Shown: positions 19,158 to 28,745 of the stretch, piece after piece
Position numbering within the stretch: the first letter of the stretch is position 1
Layout of the letters: the number at the start of each line of letters is the position of its first letter
DNA from: an uncultured Rikenellaceae bacterium
GTDB taxonomy: Bacteria > Bacteroidota > Bacteroidia > Bacteroidales > Rikenellaceae
Reading direction: 5' to 3'
NCBI GenBank assembly: GCA_946486375.1
Contig: CAMLTW010000003.1
Coordinates: forward strand, 120,668-184,667
DNA: 64,000 nucleotides
Notes under the pieces: model-generated
What the model saw: only the letters and a program-made list of their open reading frames with translations
Database searches by the model: none
Told to the model about the DNA's origin: nothing
Made by a program: the position numbers and the translations under genes

Positions 19158-20378
19158 TTACCCCCGCAGCATGGTTACCGCTTTGGCAACCCCTTCGGCC
19201 AGCCTGTCCGCTTCTTCCAGCGTATTGTACAGGGCCAGCGAAGCCCGTACCATGCCCGTCAACCCATAGTGGGTCATCACCGGTTCGGCGCAATGCGTCC
19301 CCGTCCGGACGGCGATCCCCATCTTGTCGAGGATCATGCCGATGTCGTAAGGGTGAGTTCCTTCCGCCGTGAACGAAACGATGCTGCATTTGTCCGGCGT
19401 CTGGCCGTAAATCCGAAGCCCCGGAATCTGCAGCAGTTTTTCGGTCGTATAGTCCAGCAGGGCATGTTCGTGTTGCCCCAACGCCACCAAATCCAGCGTT
19501 TCCAGATAGCGAACGGCTTCGCCCAGACCGATGGCGCCGATGAAATTGGTCGTTCCCGCTTCGAATTTCAGCGGCAGTTCGGCATAGATCGTTTTGGCGA
19601 ACGTGACGGTTTTCACCATATCCCCGCCGCCCAGAAAAGGCGGCATCGCTTCGAGCCATTTTTCTTTGGCCCAGAGCACTCCGATTCCCGTAGGGCCATA
19701 GAGCTTGTGTCCGGAAAAGACATAAAAGTCGCAGTCCAATTCCCGCACATCGACGCCTCCATGCACGATGCCCTGACAGCCGTCCACCAGCACCGGCACA
19801 CCGGCATCATGGGCCATGTGAATCACGTATTTCAGATCGGGACGCGTACCCAGCACGTTCGACGCCTGGGTGATCGCCACCATTTTGGTGCGCTTGTCCA
19901 ACAGTTCAGGCAACCTGTCGGTTCTCAAAGACCCGTCGTCCGAAAAGGGAAGCACCCGCAGTTCCGCTCCTTTCCGCTCGCAAAGCAACTGCCACGGAAC
20001 GATATTGGCATGGTGCTCCATTTCGGTCACCACGATGTTGTCCCCTTCGTGCACGAATTTCTCCCCGTAACTGTAAGCCACGGTGTTGATGGATTGGGTC
20101 GCTCCGGAAGTGAAAACGATTTCCCGTGTGCTTCCCGCGCCGATAAAACGGCGTACGGCTTCCCGCGCCGCTTCATACTCGGAGGTGCATTCCTCGCTCA
20201 GGTAATGGGCGCCCCGGTGAATGTTCCCGTTCAGTTCGGAATGCAGGTAATTCACCTTATCGATGACCTGCCTGGGCTTCTGGGCCGTGGCCCCGTTGTC
20301 CAGATAGACCAGCGGTTTTCCGTAAACCTTCCTGCCCAGCAGGGGAAAATCGGCCCGTATCTCTTGAAGGTCGAACAT
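19158..20378 (-). CDS. sufS: Cysteine desulfurase SufS (class V aminotransferase)
   Basis: 406 aa with SGHKLYGPTGIGVL (PLP lysine) and a RTGTHCA active-site Cys loop. It is the last gene of the suf cluster. Confidence 0.9.
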   Translation of the reverse strand: MFDLQEIRADFPLLGRKVYGKPLVYLDNGATAQKPRQVIDKVNYLHSELNGNIHRGAHYLSEECTSEYEAAREAVRRFIGAGSTREIVFTSGATQSINTVAYSYGEKFVHEGDNIVVTEMEHHANIVPWQLLCERKGAELRVLPFSDDGSLRTDRLPELLDKRTKMVAITQASNVLGTRPDLKYVIHMAHDAGVPVLVDGCQGIVHGGVDVRELDCDFYVFSGHKLYGPTGIGVLWAKEKWLEAMPPFLGGGDMVKTVTFAKTIYAELPLKFEAGTTNFIGAIGLGEAVRYLETLDLVALGQHEHALLDYTTEKLLQIPGLRIYGQTPDKCSIVSFTAEGTHPYDIGMILDKMGIAVRTGTHCAEPVMTHYGLTGMVRASLALYNTLEEADRLAEGVAKAVTMLRG

Positions 20379-20455
20379 GACTCCTCTCCTTTCCTATCGT
20401 TGAATTGAATACGCTGTCTTGCCTGCGCCGGATTCCTGCGAACCGTACAGGGACA

Positions 20456-21763
20456 TCAGATGCGTCCGATTTTGTCCGTAGCGACCCGGCTCATCAACTC
20501 GGCCAGCGGCTGGATGTTCACTTTGCCGATGATGTCGTTGACGAATCCGTACATTTGCAGTTTTTGCGCTTCTTCCTCGCTCAGGCCGCGCTGACGCATG
20601 TAAAAGACGGCTTCCCGGTCGAGCTGTCCCACGGTAGCTCCGTGGCTGCATTTCACGTCGTCCGCATAGATTTCGAGCTGGGGTTTGGTATAAATCGTCG
20701 CTTCGTCGCTCAGGAGCAGGTTGTGGTTCTCCTGAAAGGCCCGCGTCCGCTGGGCATCCTGTGCGACCAGAATCCGCCCGTTGAAAGCCGCTGTGCCGTT
20801 CCCGGAAGCGATGCCCTTGTAATTTTCGTAACTGGTGCAATCCGGAACGCGGTGTTCCAGGTTGGTATAGTTGTCGATGTGCTGTCCGTTTCCGGCCAGG
20901 TACAACCCGTAGATATGGTTTTCTCCCCCCTTACCGGTAAAGATCACCGTGCTGTTGTTCCGTACCGTACCTCCGTCCGTGGTAATCACCGTGGCCTGAA
21001 AACGGCTGTCGGCTTCCTGCCGGGTGTAGTTGTTGGACAGGTGCACGCTCCGATCGTTTTCCCGCTGGATTTCTGCGATTTCCGCATCGGCGTTCCGGGC
21101 CGCGAAAGACTCCGTGACCTGATTGACGAGAAACGAATGCTCTCCCACCGTATGGGAATTGAAGATCACCTTCGCTTCCGAATTTTCCCCGAATACGAAC
21201 AGGTTCCGGTGATAGACATAGATATTTTCGCCCGCATCGTAACAACAGGCCACGACAAACGGCTTGTCCGCTCTGACGCCGCGCGGCACGTACACGAATG
21301 CACCGTCCTGCATGAAGGCGGTGTTGAGCGCGGCCAGACTGTCCGTATCTTCGCTGGCCAGTCGATTGTAGTATTTTTCCACGATTTCCGGACAGGCGCT
21401 CGCTGCCGCCCGGAGCGATCCGTACACGATGCCGTTCTCCAACTTGGTCAATGGTTTCTCACTTATCCCGTAACCGTTCAGCAGGGGAATTTCATAGGCG
21501 TCCAGCGGCAGTCGTTCCAGGCCTCTGCATCCCGCGGTATCCGGCAGCGGAGCGAAATATTTTTCGTATTCCCGCCCTTCATACAGGGTTCGGATATCCG
21601 TATATTTGTATTTTTCGACTTTCCGATCCGGCAGTCCGTTCAGCCGGAAGGCCTCGATCGCTCCGCTCCGCATCCGGTTTACGTAGGAAGGAAGCCCCTC
21701 TTCCAGCAATTCGAGATTGGCCAGATAAAGATCGACCAGCTGTTTTTCGATGTTGGTGCTCAT
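20456..21763 (-). CDS. sufD: Fe-S cluster assembly protein SufD
   Basis: 435 aa. The C-terminal segment (KCSHGATVGQLD, FYMRQRGL) is typical of SufD, and the gene sits between sufC and sufS. Confidence 0.9.
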   Translation of the reverse strand: MSTNIEKQLVDLYLANLELLEEGLPSYVNRMRSGAIEAFRLNGLPDRKVEKYKYTDIRTLYEGREYEKYFAPLPDTAGCRGLERLPLDAYEIPLLNGYGISEKPLTKLENGIVYGSLRAAASACPEIVEKYYNRLASEDTDSLAALNTAFMQDGAFVYVPRGVRADKPFVVACCYDAGENIYVYHRNLFVFGENSEAKVIFNSHTVGEHSFLVNQVTESFAARNADAEIAEIQRENDRSVHLSNNYTRQEADSRFQATVITTDGGTVRNNSTVIFTGKGGENHIYGLYLAGNGQHIDNYTNLEHRVPDCTSYENYKGIASGNGTAAFNGRILVAQDAQRTRAFQENHNLLLSDEATIYTKPQLEIYADDVKCSHGATVGQLDREAVFYMRQRGLSEEEAQKLQMYGFVNDIIGKVNIQPLAELMSRVATDKIGRI

Positions 21764-21774
21764 GGCTTCGTCCT

Positions 21775-22524
21775 TTACTGATAATCCTTGATGAGCCAGT
21801 CGTATCCTTTTTCTTCGAGTTCGAGCGCCAGTTCCTTTCCCGCCGAATGGATGATCCGGCCGTTGTAAAGCACGTGCACCACGTCCGGAACGATGTATTC
21901 CAACAACCGTTGATAGTGGGTGATGACGATGGTCGCGTTGTCCGGCCGCCGGAGCTTGTTCACTCCGGTGGCCACGATCCGCAGTGCATCGATATCGAGG
22001 CCGCTGTCCGTTTCGTCCAGCACGGCCAATTTCGGTTCCAGCATCGCCATCTGGAAGATTTCGTTCTTTTTCTTTTCCCCGCCCGAAAATCCTTCGTTCA
22101 CGGCCCGGTTCGTCAGTTTCTCCTTGAGCTCCACGATAGCGGCCTTTTCCCGCATCCGTTTGAGAAACTCACCCGCCGTGAGCGGTTCCTCGCCCCGGTA
22201 TTTCCGCTGTTCGTTGAGCGCCAGCCTCAGAAAATTCGCCATGCTGACTCCCGGAATTTCCACCGGATACTGGAATCCGATGAACAGTCCCTCCCGCGCC
22301 CGGTCTTCCACGCTCATGTCGAGGAGGTTCTTTCCCGCAAAGCATACTTCTCCGTCCGTGACCTCGTATTTTTCGTTTCCTGCCAGCACTGAAGCGAAAG
22401 TGCTCTTTCCCGAACCGTTGGGCCCCATGATGGCGTGCACCTCTCCCGCCCGTACTTCCAGGTCGATTCCCCGCAGGATTTCCTTGTCCCCTACCGAGGC
22501 ATGCAGATTCTTGACTGTAAGCAT
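21775..22524 (-). CDS. sufC: Fe-S cluster assembly ATPase SufC
   Basis: Walker A GPNGSGKST, signature FSGGEKKK and Walker B AVLDETDSGLD. Confidence 0.95.
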   Translation of the reverse strand: MLTVKNLHASVGDKEILRGIDLEVRAGEVHAIMGPNGSGKSTFASVLAGNEKYEVTDGEVCFAGKNLLDMSVEDRAREGLFIGFQYPVEIPGVSMANFLRLALNEQRKYRGEEPLTAGEFLKRMREKAAIVELKEKLTNRAVNEGFSGGEKKKNEIFQMAMLEPKLAVLDETDSGLDIDALRIVATGVNKLRRPDNATIVITHYQRLLEYIVPDVVHVLYNGRIIHSAGKELALELEEKGYDWLIKDYQ

Positions 22525-22561
22525 ATGTTTCTTTTTTTACATTTCATACTTGGCACTTACC

Positions 22562-24007
22562 CTATCCCACGCTCCCTTCCAGACTGATGGACAAGAGTTT
22601 CTGGGCCTCTACCGCGAATTCCATCGGGAGTTTGTTCAGTACTTCGCGGGCATAGCCGTTCACGATCAGCCCTACGGCGTCTTCCGTGGAAATGCCCCGC
22701 TGGTTGCAGTAGAAAAGCTGGTCTTCCCCGATTTTGGACGTGGTGGCTTCGTGTTCCACCACGCCGGTTTTGTTGTCCACTTCGATATAGGGAAACGTGT
22801 GGGCACCGCACCTGTCCCCGATCAGCAGCGAATCGCACTGCGAAAAGTTGCGGGCGTTTTCAGCTTTTTTGGCTACCTTGACCAGCCCCCGGTAACTGTT
22901 CTGACTCTTTCCGGCAGAGATGCCTTTGGAGACGATCCGGCTGCGCGTGTTCTTTCCGATGTGAATCATCTTGGTGCCCGTGTCCGCCTGCTGGTAATTG
23001 TTGGTCAGCGCCACCGAATAGAATTCGCCGATGCTGTTGTCCCCCCGCAGGATGCAGCTGGGATACTTCCAGGTGATCGCCGAACCGGTTTCCACCTGCG
23101 TCCAGGAAATTTTGGAATCGTCTCCCTTGCACAGTCCCCGCTTGGTGACGAAATTGTAGATTCCGCCTTTTCCTTCCTTGTCTCCCGGATACCAGTTCTG
23201 CACGGTCGAATATTTGATTTCGGCGTCTTTCAGCGCAATCAGTTCCACCACGGCCGCATGGAGCTGGTTTTCATCCCGCTGCGGTGCGGTGCAACCTTCC
23301 AGATAGCTGACGTACGCTCCTTCGTCGGCCACCAGCAGCGTCCGCTCGAACTGTCCCGTGTTGGCCGCGTTGATCCGGAAATAGGTGGAGAGTTCCATCG
23401 GACAGCGCACTCCTTTCGGGATGTAACAGAAAGACCCGTCGGAAAAGACGGCCGAATTGAGCGCGGCGAAATAGTTGTCCGTATAGGGTACCACCGATCC
23501 CATGTATTTCCGTACCAGTTCCGGATAGTCCCGCACGGCTTCGGAGAAGGAACAGAAGATGATCCCTTTCTCCGCCAGCGTTTCCTTGAAGGTGGTTTTG
23601 ACCGAAACCGAGTCCATCACGGCGTCCACCGCCACCCCGGCCAGCATCATCTGTTCTTCGAGCGGGATGCCCAGTTTGTTGAACGTTTCGATCAACTCCG
23701 GATCCACCTCATCCATGCTGGCGTATTTGGCCCGCTGTTTCGGAGCCGCATAGTAGATGATGTCCTGATAGTCGATTTCGGGAATCGACAGGTGCGCCCA
23801 GCGGGGCATCGTCATTCCCTGCCAATAGCGGAACGCTTTCAGTCTGAAATCGGTCAGCCATTGGGGTTCCCCTTTTTTCCGGGAAATCAGCCGGACGACC
23901 TCTTCGTTCAGCCCTTTTGGGATCGTTTCCGTTTCGATGTCCGTTACGAACCCGAACTTGTAGTCCCCTTCGGTGGCTTCCGACAATATTTTATCCTGTT
24001 CTTCCAT
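22562..24007 (-). CDS. sufB: Fe-S cluster assembly scaffold SufB
   Basis: Highly conserved SufB segments ([29 protein letters not shown]). The start is trimmed to MEEQDKIL. Confidence 0.95.
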   Translation of the reverse strand: MEEQDKILSEATEGDYKFGFVTDIETETIPKGLNEEVVRLISRKKGEPQWLTDFRLKAFRYWQGMTMPRWAHLSIPEIDYQDIIYYAAPKQRAKYASMDEVDPELIETFNKLGIPLEEQMMLAGVAVDAVMDSVSVKTTFKETLAEKGIIFCSFSEAVRDYPELVRKYMGSVVPYTDNYFAALNSAVFSDGSFCYIPKGVRCPMELSTYFRINAANTGQFERTLLVADEGAYVSYLEGCTAPQRDENQLHAAVVELIALKDAEIKYSTVQNWYPGDKEGKGGIYNFVTKRGLCKGDDSKISWTQVETGSAITWKYPSCILRGDNSIGEFYSVALTNNYQQADTGTKMIHIGKNTRSRIVSKGISAGKSQNSYRGLVKVAKKAENARNFSQCDSLLIGDRCGAHTFPYIEVDNKTGVVEHEATTSKIGEDQLFYCNQRGISTEDAVGLIVNGYAREVLNKLPMEFAVEAQKLLSISLEGSVG

Positions 24008-24033
24008 GTAGATTCCGACCCTTTTTACACTTC

Positions 24034-24050
24034 GCAAAGATAGTCTTTGC
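24034..24050. promoter_or_regulatory. Palindrome GCAAAGA-TAG-TCTTTGC overlapping the suf -7 box (TATCTTTG on the minus strand, 24035-24042)
   Basis: 7 bp perfect inverted repeat, about 28 nt upstream of the sufB ATG. It overlaps a TAnnTTTG match on the coding strand. Confidence 0.3.
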
Positions 24051-24101
24051 GGTGGTTCCTGCAAAAATAAAACCACGGCGGAGCGGCAGGGGCGCGGAAC
24101 G

Positions 24102-24686
24102 CTACTCTCCCATCACGATTTTGTGCAGATCGGCGTCGAAGCGGTCGTAAAATGCCTGATCCACCCGCTCCGGCCAGCTCAGGATTTCCAGCACGGCTTC
24201 CGGGGCCTCCTCCTGATAAACCGGACACACGTGCCGGTAAGGATTTTCCTCGAATCCCAGATTCCGATAGAACCGGAGCCTGCGCCGGGAAACGTCGTCC
24301 TCCGGCAGGTCGATTTCCAGGATGACCGTCCTGCCTTCCGCTTTTTCCAGGAAATCTTTCAGGATGGCCGTTCCGTAGCCTCCCCCGCGGGCTTCGCGGG
24401 CCATGGCGTAATGTTCGATATAAAGGTAATCGTCTATTTCCCAGTATCCGATGAATCCGACGAGCTTTCCCCCATCGGTATAGTATTCCAGGTGGTAGCG
24501 CTCGTCTTTCAGTATTTCCGCCTGCCGTTCGAGCGTCCTTTTTTCGTGCCGGGGAAAGCTGTATTCATAGATTTCCCATACGGCTGCGAAAGCCGCGTCT
24601 TCGGTGTTTTTGATTCGATCGGTTTTCATTTCGTTCGTTACCATAAGTAAGTTTCGGATGCAACGGTCCGACAACTCCGGCCGCAA
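24102..24686 (-). CDS. GNAT family N-acetyltransferase
   Basis: The acetyl-CoA binding segment is [13 protein letters not shown], followed by YRNLGF. The start is ambiguous, with alternative Met codons at 24644 and 24629. Confidence 0.8.
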   Translation of the reverse strand: MRPELSDRCIRNLLMVTNEMKTDRIKNTEDAAFAAVWEIYEYSFPRHEKRTLERQAEILKDERYHLEYYTDGGKLVGFIGYWEIDDYLYIEHYAMAREARGGGYGTAILKDFLEKAEGRTVILEIDLPEDDVSRRRLRFYRNLGFEENPYRHVCPVYQEEAPEAVLEILSWPERVDQAFYDRFDADLHKIVMGE

Positions 24687-24695
24687 ATATTCACA

Positions 24696-25598
24696 TCAGT
24701 TCGTCTGCGACCGGTATTCGTTCGGCGTATATCCCGCCACTTTTTTAAACATGCGCGTAAAGTGCTGCGGATACTGGAATCCCAGTTCGAAAGCGATCTG
24801 GCTGATCGTTTTGTCCGGAGCGAGAACACGGTCTTTGGCGATGTCGATCAGTTTGATCCGGATGTATTCCTGCGCCGTTTTTCCGGTTTCCTTCTTCACC
24901 ATGTCGCCGAAATAGTTGGGCGACAGGCACAGTTCGCCTGCGCAATATCTGACGGAAGGAAGGCCTTTCCGTTGTGCCCTGTCCCCTTCGAAATATTCGT
25001 CGAGCAAGCGTTCGAAACGGGTCAGGATGTCCCGGTTGACCTGCTGTCGCGTGATGAACTGTCTTTCGTAGAAACGCAGGCAATAATCGAGCAGCATTTC
25101 GATCTGGATCGTAATGAGCCGCTTGCTGTGCCGGTCGATGGGATGTTCCAGTTCGTGCCGGATTTTTTGCAGGCAGTCTGTGACCATCCTGCGTTCCCTC
25201 TCGGAAAGGTGGAGCGCCTCGTTCACCGCGTAGGAAAAGAACGAATATTCTTTCATGTTGCGGCCCAGCGAAGTGCCCCGGATCAGGTCGGGATGGAAAA
25301 TCAGCGCCCGGCCTTTGGGCTGAAAGGTTTCGCCATTGTCTTCTAAGCCGATCACCTGTCCGGGAGCCAGACAAACCAGCGTGCCCTCCTGATAGTCGTA
25401 ATATTGCCGGCCGTAAATCAGATTGCCGCACTTCACTTCTTTCAGAAAAACAGCGTAGAAACCGAAAACCTGCCGAAAGTGTTTCATCGGATTCGCTTCC
25501 GACAGGTCGATCACGCTGACCAGGGGATGAAGCGTTTCCACGCCTATCAGATCGTTGTAGGCGGAAACCGTTTCGATGTTCGCGATTTTCTTGTCCAT
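24696..25598 (-). CDS. AraC family transcriptional regulator
   Basis: C-terminal double HTH (GDMVKKETGKTAQEYI...IAFELGFQYPQHFTRMFKK) with an N-terminal ligand-binding-type domain. Confidence 0.9.
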   Translation of the reverse strand: MDKKIANIETVSAYNDLIGVETLHPLVSVIDLSEANPMKHFRQVFGFYAVFLKEVKCGNLIYGRQYYDYQEGTLVCLAPGQVIGLEDNGETFQPKGRALIFHPDLIRGTSLGRNMKEYSFFSYAVNEALHLSERERRMVTDCLQKIRHELEHPIDRHSKRLITIQIEMLLDYCLRFYERQFITRQQVNRDILTRFERLLDEYFEGDRAQRKGLPSVRYCAGELCLSPNYFGDMVKKETGKTAQEYIRIKLIDIAKDRVLAPDKTISQIAFELGFQYPQHFTRMFKKVAGYTPNEYRSQTN

Positions 25599-25623
25599 AA
25601 GCCGTTGGTTTTACCGGTACGTA

Positions 25624-25631
25624 CAAAGATA
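25624..25631 (-). promoter_or_regulatory. -7 box TATCTTTG upstream of the AraC gene
   Basis: The reverse complement of CAAAGATA, 26 nt upstream of the ATG at 25598. Confidence 0.35.
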
Positions 25632-25729
25632 AGCGTTTTCCCGGATTCTGCACGGGTGCGGAACCCGGAACCCGGAATTCGGGTAGGACAATCCGTAATT
25701 CGTCTATCGCGCAGGTGAAATGCGGTTCA

Positions 25730-25737
25730 TAATTTTG
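25730..25737 (+). promoter_or_regulatory. -7 box TAATTTTG upstream of the MBL-fold gene
   Basis: TAnnTTTG match 44 nt upstream of the ATG at 25781. It is divergent from the AraC promoter. Confidence 0.35.
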
Positions 25738-25780
25738 TACCGAAAAAAGGAGATGTCGTGTTTAGGAAAGCGGGGATGGC

Positions 25781-26920
25781 ATGAATTTTAAAAGGGTGAA
25801 AACGAAAAAAACGGTTCGACGGCGTGCGATGATGGCAATGGTGATTTTCGCTTCGGTGATTGCAGTAACAGCTTTATTCGGATGGTACTTCGTGAACCGT
25901 CCGGAGTTCGGACGTCTGCCCGGGGGCGAGCGGTTGGAAAGAATCCGACGCTCTCCGCAATACGGAAACGGGCGGTTTCACAACCGCCGTCCGACGAGAC
26001 TGATGACCTCCGACAGGGGACGTTTGCGGATTTTGTGGGATTTCCTGTTTTCAAAACCGGAAGGGCTTTATCCCGACCGACCGATCCGGCCGATCAAAAC
26101 CGATCTGCACTCCCTGCCGGAAAATTCCGATCTGATGGTCTGGTTCGGTCATTCGTCCTATTTGTTGCAACTGTCCGGCAGACGCGTGCTGGTAGACCCC
26201 GTTTTTTGCGCGGCCGCACCCGTCGCGTTCGTAAACAAACCTTTTGCCGGGACGGATATCTACCGGCCGGAGGATATGCCCGATATCGACTATCTGGTCA
26301 TCACCCACGATCACTGGGATCACCTGGATTACCGTACGGCGATCCGTCTGAAAGACCGCATCCGGAAAGTGATCTGTCCGTTGGGGATGGGCGAACATTT
26401 CGAGTATTGGGGATTCGAGACGGAACGCCTGATCGAACTGGACTGGGACGAAACGTCCGAACCGGACGACGGCTTTACCGTTCATTGTCTGCCCGCACGG
26501 CACTTTTCGGGACGGGGACTGGCTTCCGACAGAACCCTGTGGGCTTCCTTTTTGTTGGAGACGCCTTCGCGGAAAGTTTATATCGGAGGCGACAGCGGCT
26601 ACGATACGCACTTTGCGGAAATCGGGCGGCAGCATCCCGATATCGACCTGGCTGTATTGGAAAACGGGCAATACGACGAGCGCTGGCGGTATATCCACAC
26701 GCTGCCCGAATACCTGGGCAAAGCCGCACGGGACTTGCAGGCCGACCGGATTATAACCGTTCATCATTCCAAATATGCGCTTGCACGGCATCGTTGGGAT
26801 GAGCCGTTGGAAAACGAACGCGAAGCGGCCGAAAGGGATTCCCTGAAACTGATCGTTCCGGCTATCGGACAAATCGTATATCTGGGAGCGGATGCAACAA
26901 ATACGCTCCCGACCCCATAG
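25781..26920 (+). CDS. Membrane-anchored MBL-fold metallo-hydrolase
   Basis: N-terminal TM helix, the metal-binding motif ITHDHWDHLD and a later GGDSGY segment. Confidence 0.8.
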   Translation: MNFKRVKTKKTVRRRAMMAMVIFASVIAVTALFGWYFVNRPEFGRLPGGERLERIRRSPQYGNGRFHNRRPTRLMTSDRGRLRILWDFLFSKPEGLYPDRPIRPIKTDLHSLPENSDLMVWFGHSSYLLQLSGRRVLVDPVFCAAAPVAFVNKPFAGTDIYRPEDMPDIDYLVITHDHWDHLDYRTAIRLKDRIRKVICPLGMGEHFEYWGFETERLIELDWDETSEPDDGFTVHCLPARHFSGRGLASDRTLWASFLLETPSRKVYIGGDSGYDTHFAEIGRQHPDIDLAVLENGQYDERWRYIHTLPEYLGKAARDLQADRIITVHHSKYALARHRWDEPLENEREAAERDSLKLIVPAIGQIVYLGADATNTLPTP

Positions 26921-27057
26921 GATTTTTTCTCCTCTTAAATGTCCCGGTCATGTCTGACGGATCGGAACCGGGAACACAATTCGGCTTGAGGCGACGAAAA
27001 TCTTTTAAAAAATCCTCAAAAATCGCTCGCCGGTCGCGGGCAAGTGAATTTTATTTA

Positions 27058-27065
27058 TATATTTG
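27058..27065 (+). promoter_or_regulatory. -7 box TATATTTG upstream of the redox/uptake operon
   Basis: TAnnTTTG match 98 nt upstream of the ATG at 27163. I saw no clear -33 TTTG. Confidence 0.3.
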
Positions 27066-27162
27066 AAACGACCGTACCGTAATACGGGTATGATTATCCG
27101 TAATTTGTCTACCGTTAGATTCCCGCGTTTCAAGGTAACTTTGCAGGCGGAGGAACGAGGAA

Positions 27163-28734
27163 ATGACGACAGGGAGGATGCGGTTGCGGGGAGAGCTTTT
27201 GTTTCGGAAAAACGATCGTGTATATATACCTGATATTAATACATTGAAACCTATGTTGCGAAGAATCAGAATAGCGCTGGCCGTCGTCTGTTTTTCGTCG
27301 ATCACCCTGCTGTTTCTCGATTTTACGGGAACCCTGCATGCCTGGTTTGGGTGGCTGGCGAAAATACAGTTGCTTCCGGCCGTACTTGCCGTCAATTTGG
27401 GGATAGTGGCGGCGCTCGTCGTGCTCACCCTGCTTTTCGGCCGTGTCTATTGTTCCGTAATCTGTCCGTTGGGCGTGATGCAGGACGGTTTCGGGTGGCT
27501 GGGAAAACGACGGAAGAAGTATCGTTACTCTTATTCTCCGGCTGTTTCGTGGCTGCGATACGGGATGTTGGGTGTGTTGGTGATTGCGATCATCGTCGGA
27601 AGCGGCTGGCTCGTGGCCCTGCTTGCCCCTTACAGCGCCTACGGGCGCATCGCGCAGAACCTTTTTGCTCCTCTCTGGCAGTGGGGAAACAACGGGATAG
27701 CGTATCTGGCCGAGCGGATGGACAGTTATGCTTTTTATTCGGTTGATGTCTGGATGAAAAGCGCCGCGGTTTTCGGCGTGGCTGCGCTGACGTTCGTGAT
27801 ATTGGGAGTGTTGGCATGGCGTAACGGTCGCACGTACTGCAATACCGTTTGTCCCGTCGGAACGGTGCTGGGGATGATGTCCCGGTTTTCCTTTCTCAAA
27901 CCCATGATCGACGAATCGAAATGCAACGGTTGCGGTTTGTGTGCCCGTAGCTGCAAGGCTTCGTGCATCGATCCGAAGGCGCACCGGATCGATTACAGCC
28001 GTTGCGTGGCCTGCATGGACTGCATCGGCGCTTGCCGTCAGGAAGCCATCCGGTACGGGCGGCAAAAAAAACGACCGACCGTCGATGTTTCCGAAGGAAA
28101 AGCGGACGTCTCGCGCCGCCGTTTTCTGTCCGGAGTCGGGCTGGTCGCCTTGACGGCGGCTGCCAAAGCGCAGGAAAAGAAGGTGGACGGCGGTCTGGCG
28201 GTCATCGTGGATAAGAAGATACCCGACCGGCGCACTCCGCTTGTTCCGCCGGGGGCGCAGGGATTGAAAAACATGACCGCGCATTGTACCGGCTGTCAGC
28301 TGTGCGTTTCGGTTTGTCCGAACGGGGTGTTGCGTCCTTCGTCCAAACTGGCGACCCTTATGCAGCCGGAGGTGTCTTACGAACGGGGTTACTGCCGTCC
28401 CGAGTGTGTGAAATGTTCGGAGGTGTGTCCTGCCGGCGCTATTTTGCCCGTTACGGTTGCCGACAAATCGGCCGTTCAGATCGGCCATGCCGTTTGGATT
28501 CGGGAGAACTGCGTCCCGCTGACCGACGGCGTCGAATGCGGCAACTGTGCCCGGCATTGTCCGACGGGAGCCATTACGATGGTGGGATCGGATCCCGAAG
28601 CGGAGGATTCTCCGAAGGTACCCGTGGTGAACATCGAGCGGTGCATCGGGTGCGGTGCCTGCGAAAACCTCTGTCCGGCACGGCCGTTCAGCGCCATCTA
28701 TGTGGAGGGACATGAACGGCATCGAATCGTTTAA
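27163..28734 (+). CDS. Fused NapH-like membrane / NapG-like periplasmic polyferredoxin
   Basis: The N-terminal TM region carries two CxxCP motifs (YCSVICPLG, YCNTVCPVG), as in NapH/MauN. Two CxxCxxCxxxC(P) motifs follow. Next comes an internal Tat-like SRRRFLSGVGLVALTAAAKA, and then four more ferredoxin Cys clusters. Confidence 0.85.
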   Translation: MTTGRMRLRGELLFRKNDRVYIPDINTLKPMLRRIRIALAVVCFSSITLLFLDFTGTLHAWFGWLAKIQLLPAVLAVNLGIVAALVVLTLLFGRVYCSVICPLGVMQDGFGWLGKRRKKYRYSYSPAVSWLRYGMLGVLVIAIIVGSGWLVALLAPYSAYGRIAQNLFAPLWQWGNNGIAYLAERMDSYAFYSVDVWMKSAAVFGVAALTFVILGVLAWRNGRTYCNTVCPVGTVLGMMSRFSFLKPMIDESKCNGCGLCARSCKASCIDPKAHRIDYSRCVACMDCIGACRQEAIRYGRQKKRPTVDVSEGKADVSRRRFLSGVGLVALTAAAKAQEKKVDGGLAVIVDKKIPDRRTPLVPPGAQGLKNMTAHCTGCQLCVSVCPNGVLRPSSKLATLMQPEVSYERGYCRPECVKCSEVCPAGAILPVTVADKSAVQIGHAVWIRENCVPLTDGVECGNCARHCPTGAITMVGSDPEAEDSPKVPVVNIERCIGCGACENLCPARPFSAIYVEGHERHRIV

Positions 28735-28745
28735 ACGAATGACCT

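Noticed and set aside
24745-25653. 302 aa same-strand alternate-frame ORF overlapping the AraC gene, and similar cases (11126-11704 over DUF4293, 11701-12282 over GT2)
   Set aside because: The AraC double HTH, the DUF4293 N-terminus and the GT2 motifs all occur in the other frame. The alternates are Arg/Pro/Gly-rich, as expected for out-of-frame GC-rich DNA.
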